A stretch of 63,780 nucleotides of DNA, the filler included, from Nemertoderma westbladi (lineage: Eukaryota > Animalia > Xenacoelomorpha): NCBI GenBank assembly GCA_032718475.1. It is 4 parts of 4 records of this genome, joined end to end, with 100 filler letters (N's around TTAATTAATTAA, not from the genome) between each part and the next. Parts side by side here need not be neighbours in the genome. Positions count along the whole stretch, not along the records: positions 28,704 to 53,911 come from JAUCBJ010004987.1; positions 54,012 to 63,780 come from JAUCBJ010008579.1; 2 more parts are not named here. One strand, written 5' to 3'. This document shows positions 50,412-61,039 of this stretch, piece after piece; the stretch's first letter is position 1, and the number at the start of each line of letters is the position of its first letter. The notes beneath the pieces were generated by a model, which made no database searches, had not been told where the DNA came from, and worked only from the letters and a program-made list of their open reading frames with translations. A program made the position numbers and the translations under genes.

Positions 50412-50582
50412 GTTTATCTGAGTAACAGCATTAGTGACCTCTATAACATTGCAACAACAGCAACTTACAATTGTGGTACCATAAGTTCTTCTAACTACAT
50501 AATCACCGTGAACTGCGACAGCAATCGAGGTCAATATCTTGTAGTCAACCAGCCCTCTGGTACTCCATTAACTCTGTGTGAG
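50412..50582 (+). CDS. F-type lectin C-terminal exon, 171 bp, phase 0-0
   Basis: TTACAG| VYLSNSIS...YNCGTISSSNYIITVNCDSNRGQYLVVNQPSGTPLTLCE |GTAAGT. The C...C..GxY and LTLCE motifs complete the FTP domain. Confidence 0.9.
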
Positions 50583-50733
50583 GTAAGTTATTAAATTCTA
50601 GTGTCGAAACCATATTGGATCCATTTTGGATCCATACAGCTAAAATAACAGTGATTAAATGAAATATATAATTTACAAATTAAAATATAAAATGCAAAAA
50701 AAATACTAACAAACAGCTTCGAATAAAGTCCCA

Positions 50734-50800
50734 CCTTGGTATAGTGGTTACATTTGTTGTATTTAATTCAAATTTATTATGAGGTCATGGGTTCGATCCT
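50734..50800 (+). mobile_element. Degenerate tRNA-derived SINE head
   Basis: TGGTATAGTGG (A box) ... GGTTCGATCC (B box). Confidence 0.4.
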
Positions 50801-51452
50801 GATAATTATTTTAGGTTACCTAACAAGATCAAAGTATAATAAGGAGTTTTTGGTGGTTACAGGAGGCGTCAAAACATCCTAATTTCAAGCAGTCACTGAT
50901 TAATGAATCTACCACTGATTAATCATCTAGAATTCATCGTAGTTAATTTGTTTGCTAATTACTATCGGTTTCATAATACATTAATATGTAGCTACTTAGT
51001 AGGGCTTAGGACTTTAATTGTGCTTAATATAATAACAATAATAGTAGGCTAATTAGGATATGGATCAGTTATATTGTGCACCCCATGTATAATAATAATA
51101 TGGTCTGGTGTAAAGAATGAAATAAAATAAAATAATTGACGGACATAAAACATGTTATGTATGCAAGTAATTTGGTTATGGTGTTTTAATAACTACATCA
51201 AATAATAATTAATAAGAAAGTACAGTAACATGCAATTACAATTTTGCTGTTAGCTGTAAGCTACTGGTATCAGTATTGGGCCTAACTGTGAAGATATTTT
51301 TTGGAGTATTAGTTGCCGGTCCTGCCCGGTACGCTAGCGGTACTGGTCAGCCGGTAGGCTTAGGCTACCAATATCATTTATTCTCTGCTGTCCACTCAAC
51401 CAGTTACAGAGTTGCAGTCGTTGTCTGCTTCCTGCTAAATTAATAAAGATTA

Positions 51453-53762
51453 ATGGATTACCCTAAAGGGAAGCTATGGACCTTTCAATACCCTAATGGA
51501 ACCAAAGCACAACTGGATTACATCCTCATAAACAAAAAGTGGAGAAACAGCATGATCAACTGCGAGGCATACAGCTCGTTCAACCTAATTGGTTCGGACC
51601 ACAGAATTGTGACTGCAGAGATCAGACTCAGTTTGAGAGCCAGCAAACCCAGGACAAGCAAGCAAATCAAATATGACTGGGAAAAACTCAGAACTGACAA
51701 TGCTGTAAAGGATGCTTATACAGTAGAAGTTCAAAACCGCTTTGAAGCAGTTCAGTCAATGGATGAAGACCAATCCACCAATTCAATATACCAGAATATA
51801 ATAACAGCCCACAAGGAATCAGCTAAGAGGCATATCCCCCAGAAACCCAAACGAAAACAATATGTGCCATGGCAAAACTCTGAGGTTACTTGCAAGAGAG
51901 AAGATCTTAAGATAGCCTACAAAGTTAAAACCGAACAATCAACAACCGAAAACATTAACAAGGTTGAGAAAGCTAAGGACGATCTTAAATTGGCCTACAA
52001 CATCAGCCAGGAAAAGTACATACAGGATAAAACTGAAGCAATTACAACTGCTCACATACAGCAACAATCAAGACTTACCTGGCAAACTGTAAATGAGGTA
52101 TCTGGTCGGAAAAGTTGTGCAAAGGGGCGCCTCAAAGCCGATAGTCCTGAAGAACGTGTTGGGAAGTGGAAAAAGCACTTCAGCAACTTGCTTGGGCAGC
52201 CACCAAACATCGAGGTCAGCCCTACAAGGAAAATATATGACAAGACACTACCTATAGAAACAGGGGACTTCACACCTGCCGAACTCCAAAGAAGCATTAA
52301 AAGCATGTCCAATAATAAAGCGAGTGGATTAGATGAAATCCCAGCGGAGGTATGGAAAACCGGAGTGCTAAACAGACCATTATTGAATGTTTGCAACCGG
52401 ATGTTAAAAGGGGAAAAGCCACCACCAATTTGGACTAAAGGTCAACTAAAGCCTCTCCCCAAGAAAGGAGACCTCGGCATACCAACAAACTATCGTGGGA
52501 TCTGTCTGCTTGTGGTAGCTGCCAAAATATACAATAAAATGATTCTATATAGGATTAGGCCTCACATAGAGAAACTACTGCGTAAGAGCCAAAACGGATT
52601 TCGACCAAGTAGATCAACAATAGCTCAGATACTTGCACTACGGAGACTGATTGAAGGAATTAAGTCAAAGAATCTCCCCGCTGTCATGACTTTTGTGGAC
52701 TTCAAGAAGGCATTCGACTCCATCCATAGAGGTAAAATGCTTGAAATCCTAAGAGCTTATGGAATACCAGAAGTAATTGTTGCTGGCATTGGATTGTTAT
52801 ATTGTGACACAGAAGCGCAGGTACTCTCACCAGATGGTGAAACTGAGTTTTTCTCAATCCTGGCTGGCGTACTGCAAGGTGACACATTAGCACCATTACT
52901 ATTTGTAATTGTGCTGGATTACGCAATGAGGACGGCCACAAAGGGTGAAGACCTGGGATTCACACTTCAAGAACGCAGAAGTAGTAGATATCCGGCAACT
53001 ACAGTCACAGACACCGACTTTGCGGATGACATCGCCCTGCTCTCTAATACCCTAGCAGATGCACAGCTTCTACTAAATAAAGTGGAGAGGGCTGCTAAGG
53101 AGGTTGGATTGCATATAAATGCTACAAAGACCGAATTCATGACCTTTAATGTTGATGGAAACTTGACAACCATTGATAATAATCAACTAAGGAAGGTCGA
53201 TGACTTCCAGTACCTTGGATCATGGATAGAGAGTAGCAAAAAGGACATAGAAGTTAGGAAAGCAAAGGCTTGGGTAGCTCTATCAAAAATGGATACCATC
53301 TGGAAATCAGATCTCTCCAGGCACCTGAAGACTAAGTTCTTTCGAGCCACAGTGGAAAGTGTATTTTTATATGGGGGTGAGACCTGGACACTGACTAAAT
53401 CACTTGAACAACGAATTGATGGTTGCTACACAAGACTACTAAGGGCAGCCCTAAACATCAGCTGGAGACAACACATGACAAACGCCGAGCTTTATGGTAC
53501 AATACCACCTGTATCAACCACCCTCCGTGAACGCAGATTAAGATTCAGTGGGCACTGCTGGCGAAGTAAAGACGAGGTCATACCAGATCTACTTTTCTGG
53601 CAACCAACTCATGGAAAGCGTAGTCGTGGACGACCGGCCATAACATATATAGATCAACTTGAAAGGGATACTGAACTTAGGAGAAACGAAATTGCGACAA
53701 CTATGGAGAATCGGGAAGCCTGGAAGGATCTCATTTCCACTGTCCGAGTTCGCTCGACCTAG
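51453..53762 (+). CDS. Uninterrupted 769-aa ORF of RTE family A (end of APE, full RT and C-terminus)
   Basis: LDYILIN, GSDHRIV, NYRGICL, VDFKKAFDS, GVLQGDTLAP, DFADDIAL, FQYLGS, RRLRFSGHC and RSRGRP. Confidence 0.95.
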   Translation: MDYPKGKLWTFQYPNGTKAQLDYILINKKWRNSMINCEAYSSFNLIGSDHRIVTAEIRLSLRASKPRTSKQIKYDWEKLRTDNAVKDAYTVEVQNRFEAVQSMDEDQSTNSIYQNIITAHKESAKRHIPQKPKRKQYVPWQNSEVTCKREDLKIAYKVKTEQSTTENINKVEKAKDDLKLAYNISQEKYIQDKTEAITTAHIQQQSRLTWQTVNEVSGRKSCAKGRLKADSPEERVGKWKKHFSNLLGQPPNIEVSPTRKIYDKTLPIETGDFTPAELQRSIKSMSNNKASGLDEIPAEVWKTGVLNRPLLNVCNRMLKGEKPPPIWTKGQLKPLPKKGDLGIPTNYRGICLLVVAAKIYNKMILYRIRPHIEKLLRKSQNGFRPSRSTIAQILALRRLIEGIKSKNLPAVMTFVDFKKAFDSIHRGKMLEILRAYGIPEVIVAGIGLLYCDTEAQVLSPDGETEFFSILAGVLQGDTLAPLLFVIVLDYAMRTATKGEDLGFTLQERRSSRYPATTVTDTDFADDIALLSNTLADAQLLLNKVERAAKEVGLHINATKTEFMTFNVDGNLTTIDNNQLRKVDDFQYLGSWIESSKKDIEVRKAKAWVALSKMDTIWKSDLSRHLKTKFFRATVESVFLYGGETWTLTKSLEQRIDGCYTRLLRAALNISWRQHMTNAELYGTIPPVSTTLRERRLRFSGHCWRSKDEVIPDLLFWQPTHGKRSRGRPAITYIDQLERDTELRRNEIATTMENREAWKDLISTVRVRST

Positions 53763-53774
53763 TAGTAGTAGTAC
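51466..53774 (+). mobile_element. Young 5'-truncated RTE insertion with a (TAG)n tail and 12-bp TSD
   Basis: TSD TGGATTACCCTA at 51454-51465 and 53775-53786. The tail TAGTAGTAGTAGTA starts at the stop codon. Confidence 0.95.
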
Positions 53775-53911
53775 TGGATTACCCTAGCTAATTTATAGAC
53801 CTTTTATTGTACCTGCACCGGTAGGCCCTACTAATTTTCCATCATTTATCAGCAATCAGCCCATCCATCAGCCATTGCATTACCGGTACACCTACCATTG
53901 CCATAACTGCC

Positions 53912-54011
53912 NNNNNNNNNNNNNNNNNNNNNNNNNNNNNNNNNNNNNNNNNNNNTTAATTAATTAANNNNNNNNNNNNNNNNNNNNNNNNNNNNNNNNN
54001 NNNNNNNNNNN
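53912..54011. other. Artificial contig linker
   Basis: 44 N + TTAATTAATTAA + 44 N. Confidence 0.97.
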
Positions 54012-54029
54012 CCAGTAGTAAAATTCCAG

Positions 54030-55724
54030 TATAAAATATCCAGTGAACAAGTGAAGGATTCAATCATGGCTCTAAACAGAAACAAGGCTGCAGACTATTT
54101 TAAGTTGAAGGCCTAACATCTAATTTATGGTCTGTCTGATACACTGACATGTGACTGACTGGCATTTCCTTTCAATACCATGAGAGCAACTGGAACATGT
54201 CCAAAAGCTTTTGGTGAAATATTGGTCATCTCAACCTTAAAAGATTTACATCGAAATAAATCAACAAAAACCTGTTATAGACCAATATCTATTGTAATGT
54301 TGATTTCGAAGATCTGGGAACTACTTGTTTGGGAACTTCATTTATCACTGGATCTCAAAATTAATGACCTACAAATGTGCTATAAGTAAAACATTAGTAC
54401 TGAACTGACATATGCTACGTCAACAACCTGACTGATTTGTTCAATAAATAGGGTTCTGATATTTATATGTTAACTTTAGATCTTACCACAGCATTTGATA
54501 GGGTGAGTTATGTGAAACTCATTCAAAAGCTAGGCCAAGAGGGAGTAGAGACAAATCTCCTACAATCACTCAAGAACTACTATATCCCTGCAAATGGTTA
54601 TCTGAAAAACGATGATATTCTACACCGAGAAACTATTGCACTGCAACAAGGTGTTAGACAGGGTAGTATACTCTCGACAATATTGTTCAACTTTTACCTC
54701 TCAGAACTCTTTGAACGAATGCAGGACAGAAATCTAGGGTTACATGTAAAGTGGATATTTTTTGGTCTAATAACCTTTGCTGATGATGTAGTCCTGGTGT
54801 CCAAGACCTTAGATAAGTGCTTTTACAGCCTGGGCGGTCTCTCTTCTCAAATCATACTGTGTAGGCCTATTGTTTTTATTCACTGTTTGTATTTAACTAA
54901 AGATGAGTGTGTATTAATAATAAAATAATAATAAAAATAATAATAAATCCAACAAAGTCACATTACATGGTACTCCAAGTGGGAAATCATAAACCGCTTC
55001 CATATGATCATATTATTGTCGAAAATAAGATTAGCGCGGAAAATCGCATCATTTACCTGAGGATCCCAATGCCTTGGACGTCCGATAACAGTACTTTTTT
55101 CAAGTTTAAAACAATGGCCAATCTTGCTAGGAAGAAATCTAGAGGTCTATGCCTGGACAATGTCCCACTTTGTGCAGTAAGTACGATCTGGAACTCTATA
55201 TGTCTCTGCCAGCAATTGTCTGTGGTGCATCGGTACTATCAGTTCTGGAAACTAAATCGATCGGGTGTTGCTGCCAAAAGGCAATGCGTTCGACACTGAC
55301 AGCGGATAACTATGTCTCATCTGAGATCCTATGTAGACTCTTTAATCTCCCAAAGATAGAATCTCTCATAATGATTAATCTATGCAGAGTTGTTTATGGA
55401 TTATTTAACCCAGAGAACTGGAGTATAACATATCTTTTTCGCTATTTATTGGGTCAACATTTTTGCGCCTCGACTAACAACAAATTATTCACCCAATATG
55501 AAAATTATTCTTGGCTATTAATGTTGCCAACCCTGACAACGACAAGTATCTCTGTAGGGAGATATGATATGCGTGCACTGGGTAGACAAATTAAACAGAG
55601 AGCGGAAATCACACCAAAAAACGCGTTTACACTAATATACCTTTTCTCACTGCTGAACTCTATAAATGGTACTCATTGGGAACACCATGAGGTTTTAATT
55701 GATTATTTTACAAAACTTACGTAG
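54030..55724 (+). mobile_element. Decayed non-LTR RT (RTEX/CR1-like)
   Basis: YRPISI, LDLTTAFDRVSY, GVRQGSILSTILFN, FADDVVL and INPTKS, with many stops. Confidence 0.78.
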
Positions 55725-57145
55725 GACAAATTTCATCCGTCAATTTTATATATTAATTTAGGACCCTAGAATTGCAATCGTTGATAGATGTGCTTTTTTC
55801 ATATCTTTTAATTCTATATATCTTGATAATTAAACTGCCGTTTGAATCCGGTTATGAAATGAAATATATAAAAACAAATTGGGGATACTTGTTGCACAAA
55901 AAACTCATGTCTGTACTCTGTTGCCCGATTATCCTTCTATCCTGCTCTTTAACACCTAATCATATCTAAACCAACCTTCTACCAGTTCGAACGAGCTTTG
56001 ACAGTAGAAATGAGATCCTTCTAGACTTCCTGATTTTCCATGATTTCGCTATTTCGCTTCTAAGTCCCTTATCGCTATCAAGTTTGAATGACTATATAAT
56101 ATGCCATAGCCATTCGTCAACAGAAAAGTATATCTGTTATGACCTTGTCTTTACTTCTCCAGCAGTGCCCACTTAATCGTTGTCTGCGATATATGTCTGC
56201 GTTGTCTGTAATATATAGTAGTTGATATTGGTGGTATTGTACCATGAAGCTATTCTCTGTCTATGCGCGAATGTACTGGAATTCGCCAACGTTCTTTTGT
56301 TGATAAATTTTTGATAATAATCTGGCTTCCATTAACTTTAAAAGTCATGTATTTTATCTGTATGTTTTCGGTTTTGATTTATTTCCGTTTCGATATTGAA
56401 AGGTTCACAGCGTCCTCCTTTCTCTTTTCGAATGTGGGGTCACATTCTTCTATTAGGTCTAAGAGTAAGCACCCAATTTCTTATTCGACTGTTTTATTAT
56501 ATCTATAAATTAACCTTGATGTCTTTTGGTGCAATTTGTGAGTTAAGTTTAACAGTAAAGACTTTGAGTTGTGTGTTTCACTACAACTATCAATGTGTTT
56601 CACTGCAACTATCAATTTAACTCATAAGAAAATTAGCTAAATATTGCACTATATATTATTAAAATTATACATTTTGTAGTGTCGGGCATTGTTCACACCA
56701 ATAGAAACTAAAAAATATACAAAACGTAAATATTTCATGAAATTTTTATTTAAGTTTTACTGTTAGGAGGTAATTCACCATGTGGACCCCCTCATGATGT
56801 CCTGTTCACCTCCAAGTTGACCTCCACTTGGTGTGTTGTGGATCTATGATCTACAGTAGCTGTCCCCAACATATATATTGTGGACCCTCGCATGGTGTGT
56901 TGTTGACTTCGTGAAGCACCTTTTAATGTAGGCCTTTGTGTATAAATAATTATAAATTTCGTTGAGCGCATTTCACGGGTAACATAAATGGGATGAATTG
57001 AGGCAGAAAGCAATGTTAATAATATAATAATAAGGGACATGAAATAAAGGGAATGGAGCTTAAATTATTAGGAAAATTTGAAGAAAATTAATGTCAGTGA
57101 ATTTTAGTGCATTATACACTTTCCATTTGTTTGTTTCCCACACAG

Positions 57146-57346
57146 ATAGTTACTCAGGGTGAGTACACGAAGGCCATGAACAAGGACTGGCATTCTGGTC
57201 ATTTCGCCTGCTGGAACTGCGACCAAGGGCTGACTGGCAGACGATACATTCTGAGGGAAGACCACCCATACTGCGTCAAATGTTACGAAGATATATTTGC
57301 CAATAGTTGTGAGGAATGTAACGTGATCATAGGAACTGATTCCAAG
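57146..57346 (+). CDS. Lmpt: Limpet/FHL-family LIM protein exon (201 bp, phase 0-0)
   Basis: CACAG| IVTQGEYTKAMNKDWHSGHFACWNCD..LTGRRYILREDHPYCVKCYEDIFANSCEEC..IIGTDSK |GTAATA; closely matches Drosophila Limpet as I recall it. Confidence 0.93.
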
Positions 57347-57908
57347 GTAATAGTAATTAATTGCTTAGAATAATATGTCAAGTCTATATCAGCTCAACCG
57401 AAATATGTCTGGACAACTCATTTTCTGTACTTATGACTCATTTTAGACAACTCCTGCCCAATTAGAAAACCTTTGGTTTACTATTTTGGTTAGGGGTAGT
57501 TGGTGATTAATGCCCTTAAAGGGTCGTAGTCCTTCCTTGTCCATACTCAAGTTATTGGGTTGTCGCTATTATTGGCAACTAGCGGCTCCTATTTTCTGGA
57601 ATGCCACACCCACCACATTCCGAAATTCTGCCTTTCTGACTGTTTTTAAATCGAAAATATGAATCAGCACTATTTATAAGGAATAATTAATTAACTCATT
57701 GGTATTTTTCGGATTTTACAATTTCGTATTTTTGTTTTCTGCGTCCTATGCGCTCCTAGATCTAATATTTGTATGGCACCGTATAAAAATATGGTTATTT
57801 TTATTAGCTTGTTCTATTATTAAAAAAAACGGAGAAACTATAGGCCTAATGTAACTTATTCATTTGGCCGTCGCACAAAATTCCATTTTTCTAAAAAAAT
57901 TTCAACAG

Positions 57909-58083
57909 GATCTTTCATATAAAGACAAACATTGGCACGAGAAATGTTTCGCTTGCTCGCAATGCCGACTTAGTCTAGTAGATAAACCGTTCGGAGCGCG
58001 AAACGACCGTCTCTTCTGCGCCGATTGTCACGATGAGAACTTCGCGAGTCGTTGCGACGCCTGCGGGAAAGTCTTCAAAGCTG
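57909..58083 (+). CDS. Lmpt: Limpet/FHL LIM exon (175 bp, phase 0-1)
   Basis: AACAG| DLSYKDKHWHEKCFACSQCRLSLVDKPFGA...FASRCDACGKVFKA G|GTGAGT. Confidence 0.93.
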
Positions 58084-58519
58084 GTGAGTTGATTCGGTTC
58101 CGTCAATACAGTCCGATATTATATGAGCGCGCACTTCTTATACGTCTGCGCTACAGTTCAAAGTCTTTTTATATAATAAATAGACATACCGGTACTAAAC
58201 ACACTTTTTTTTATTTTTATTATCTATCTCAAACCCAGAGCACATTTATTTTTTCGCACTTGTTTTTGGTTAAATATTAACAGTTTATGATATTATTAAT
58301 GGACGCTTTTCAATAGCTCCAACTATTACTAATTTGAAGACCTTATAAAGTCAACTATATTAATAAAGTATTAACAACAATAATTATTAACTAACAATAT
58401 AAAAATGAGAACAGTAGCATAATTCTTTAATTCTTTGATTGTTTTTGTTTAATTAATTAATTAGTTTTTACTACTAAGACTAACCAACTAATTGGGTTAC
58501 ACTAACAATGATTGATTAG

Positions 58520-58689
58520 GGACGAAGAAAATGGAATACAAAGGGGCTCAATGGCACGAGGAGTGCTTCAAGTGTACCGAATGTAAGCAACCGATTGGCT
58601 CGACGAGTTTCATCCCGAAGGACGATAAACCGTATTGCTGTAAATGTTACGAGCGACTCTTCTCCACAAAGTGTCGCCGGTGTCTTAAG
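58520..58689 (+). CDS. Lmpt: Limpet/FHL LIM exon, alternative variant a (170 bp, phase 1-0)
   Basis: ACTAAC...ATTAG| GTKKMEYKGAQWHEECFKCTECKQPIGSTSFIPKDDKPYCCKCYERLFSTKCRRCLK |GTTGGC. Confidence 0.88.
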
Positions 58690-59304
58690 GTTGGCATGGT
58701 AACGGGTACCCGATACTTGAATGAGTTGTACTTACTAATAATAATACATTAATTAATAGTAGTAATTAGACAGCCTATTGACACATTAGCTTGTTTGTTT
58801 ACTCGCAGAATTTTCAGTGTTAAATATATTCACCTCCTGTAACAAAAAGTATCCATATAACACAGATGTTATTATCTGCATTCAAAAGTTACAAATTTAA
58901 ATCATATATAGAATCTCCCATTTGGTAATTTTGTTTAGTCAAAAACAAATATAATACAATAAATTGCCTCTAATTGGACAGAAAATAATTTTATCTAAAC
59001 TGTGAATCTTTAAATTTTCAAATAAGCTATTTTTTGTTAGTAGTTGGTGAATATTCATCAGATTGTTAGGAATATGCTATATGTGCTCATTGCTCATTTA
59101 TTGTGCTCAATGTCTGCGCTCACTCTAAGTTGCTCGTTCTAAGCTACTAGTTTTTCGTCAACAAATAATTTTCACAGAGATATGACAATGACAGACAGAG
59201 TAACTGATGAATTTAATTTTTAAAACAGTTCATCATTTTCTACTAATTTTGCAAACGTTTTATCCCGCCCCCCTGCCTATTTTCAATCCCTACCAAACGA
59301 TCAG

Positions 59305-59474
59305 GTATGAAGAAAATGGAATACAAGGGACAACAATGGCACGAGGAGTGCTTCATCTGTGCCAAATGCGAACATCCAATCGGAACGAGTTCCTTCATAC
59401 CCAGGGACGACGAACCATATTGTCTCCGCTGTTTCGAAGACAACTTCGCTACTAGATGCTCCCTGTGTGGACAG
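59305..59474 (+). CDS. Lmpt: Limpet/FHL LIM exon, alternative variant b (170 bp, phase 1-0)
   Basis: ATCAG| GMKKMEYKGQQWHEECFICAKCEHPIGTSSFIPRDDEPYCLRCFEDNFATRCSLCGQ |GTAGCC. Confidence 0.88.
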
Positions 59475-59993
59475 GTAGCCAATTACAGCACGCTGACCCC
59501 AGTCAACCAATTGGGTGCCACCCATCTATTGTTTTAGTTTCAATTATTTTAAATTTTGTATTATTTTTACAACATCATACTACCCCATCTTCTCACATCC
59601 CAAGCTAACTTTTTATTTTATTTGCGTGCATGCGCTCACCTTTATCCGAGCTACCTTAGCATGTGCTCTTTCCTGCCTCCAACTATTCAATTTACCCCAA
59701 TTTCATTTATCCCTGCTATAAAAGGCTATTTCATTTTCTTATTTCTGAGCTCATTTCTTATTGGACCATTTTTCCCACAATATATTTAGCAAAAATTATT
59801 GTTTAAATCACGGAAAACTTTAGATTTTTGATACATGGTACATTAAGTATTAAAATATACTAAAATGGGCTAGAGTTTAGAATTTGTTTAAATCGTAAAA
59901 ACGAGTTCAGAAATTAGAATTTGAAATAAATTCTTTAGTGCCTTTTCATTGTCAGCATGATTGTCACATTCGCTTTCCCAACCCGAAACACAG

Positions 59994-60163
59994 GCACAAA
60001 AAAGTTGGAGTGGAAGGGCCAGTCCTTCCATGAGGAATGCTTTACCTGTTTGATCTGTCAGCAACCAATTGGAACTGCCAGCTTCATACCAAAGGAAGAA
60101 GCACCTTACTGTACTAAATGCTACGAGGACCGCTTCGCCACCCGCTGTTCCAAATGCTCACAG
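59994..60163 (+). CDS. Lmpt: Limpet/FHL LIM exon, alternative variant c (170 bp, phase 1-0)
   Basis: CACAG| GTKKLEWKGQSFHEECFTCLICQQPIGTASFIPKEEAPYCTKCYEDRFATRCSKCSQ |GTTTGT. Confidence 0.88.
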
Positions 60164-60543
60164 GTTTGTCCAGTTTCACTGAAACACGTTGTAACAGAGG
60201 AGGAAGGAGGTTGGTGTGCTTGAAACTTTATTAACAGACTAACTTTTCGACACAAACATTCCTAATACTGATGTTGATGGGACTTTAATTATTTATATGG
60301 TACCTCCTACTGTAGTACCACGCAACTGTTCGAATAATTACAGTATTAACCAAACTGTCGACACTAAATATACATTTTTAATGTTTAAAGTGTATGTATT
60401 TCAAAACAAAGTACGTGCAAACAATTTATATTTCAATGATGTAAATTCACATAATAATACAATTTAATTAATTCTACCAAAAGGTAATTCTACTTTTTCA
60501 ACTTTCACATAATATGTTTAATCTTATGTTGCATGTTTGACAC

Positions 60544-61039
60544 GATGTTAGGACAATTGCTACCTGGACAATTGCGACCCGGACAATTGCGACCCGGACA
60601 ATTGCCATCCATGATTTTGGGAAAAATTGATGGGTCGCAATTGACCGGGTCGCAATTGTCCGGGTCGCAATTGTCCGGATCCAGATAAAAATAAATGTTA
60701 TGTATATATCATTGATAAATATCATTGTATCATTGTATATCATTGACAATTGCGACCCGGACAATTGCAACCCGGACAATTGCGACCCGGAAAATTGCGA
60801 CTCATGATTTTGGGAAAAATTGATGGGTCGCAATTGACCGGGTCGCAATTGTCCGGGTCGCAATTGTCCGGATCCAGATAAAAATAAATGTTATGTATAT
60901 ATCATTGATAAATATCATTGTATCATTGTATATCATTGACAATTGCGACCCGGACAATTGCGACCCGGACAATTGCGACTCATGATTTTGGGAAAAATTG
61001 ATGGGTCGCAATTGTCTGGGTCGCAATTGTCCGGACTCC
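60544..61039. mobile_element. Mutator-like MITE, internally triplicated, with a 9-bp TSD
   Basis: Three palindromic modules of 15-bp GGACAATTGCGACCC repeats and their inverse. TSD GTTTGACAC at 60535-60543 and 61040-61048. Confidence 0.87.

Noticed and set aside
40523-53173. Recurrent antisense ORFs (MWPSSLRNP..., MVVKFPST..., MQTFNNG...) as a conserved gene family
   Set aside because: They are reverse-strand shadows of near-identical RTE copies.
58520-60163. Simple tandem expansion giving a protein with extra LIM domains in series
   Set aside because: Each exon is 170 bp with phase 1 in and phase 0 out, so joining two or three breaks the frame.
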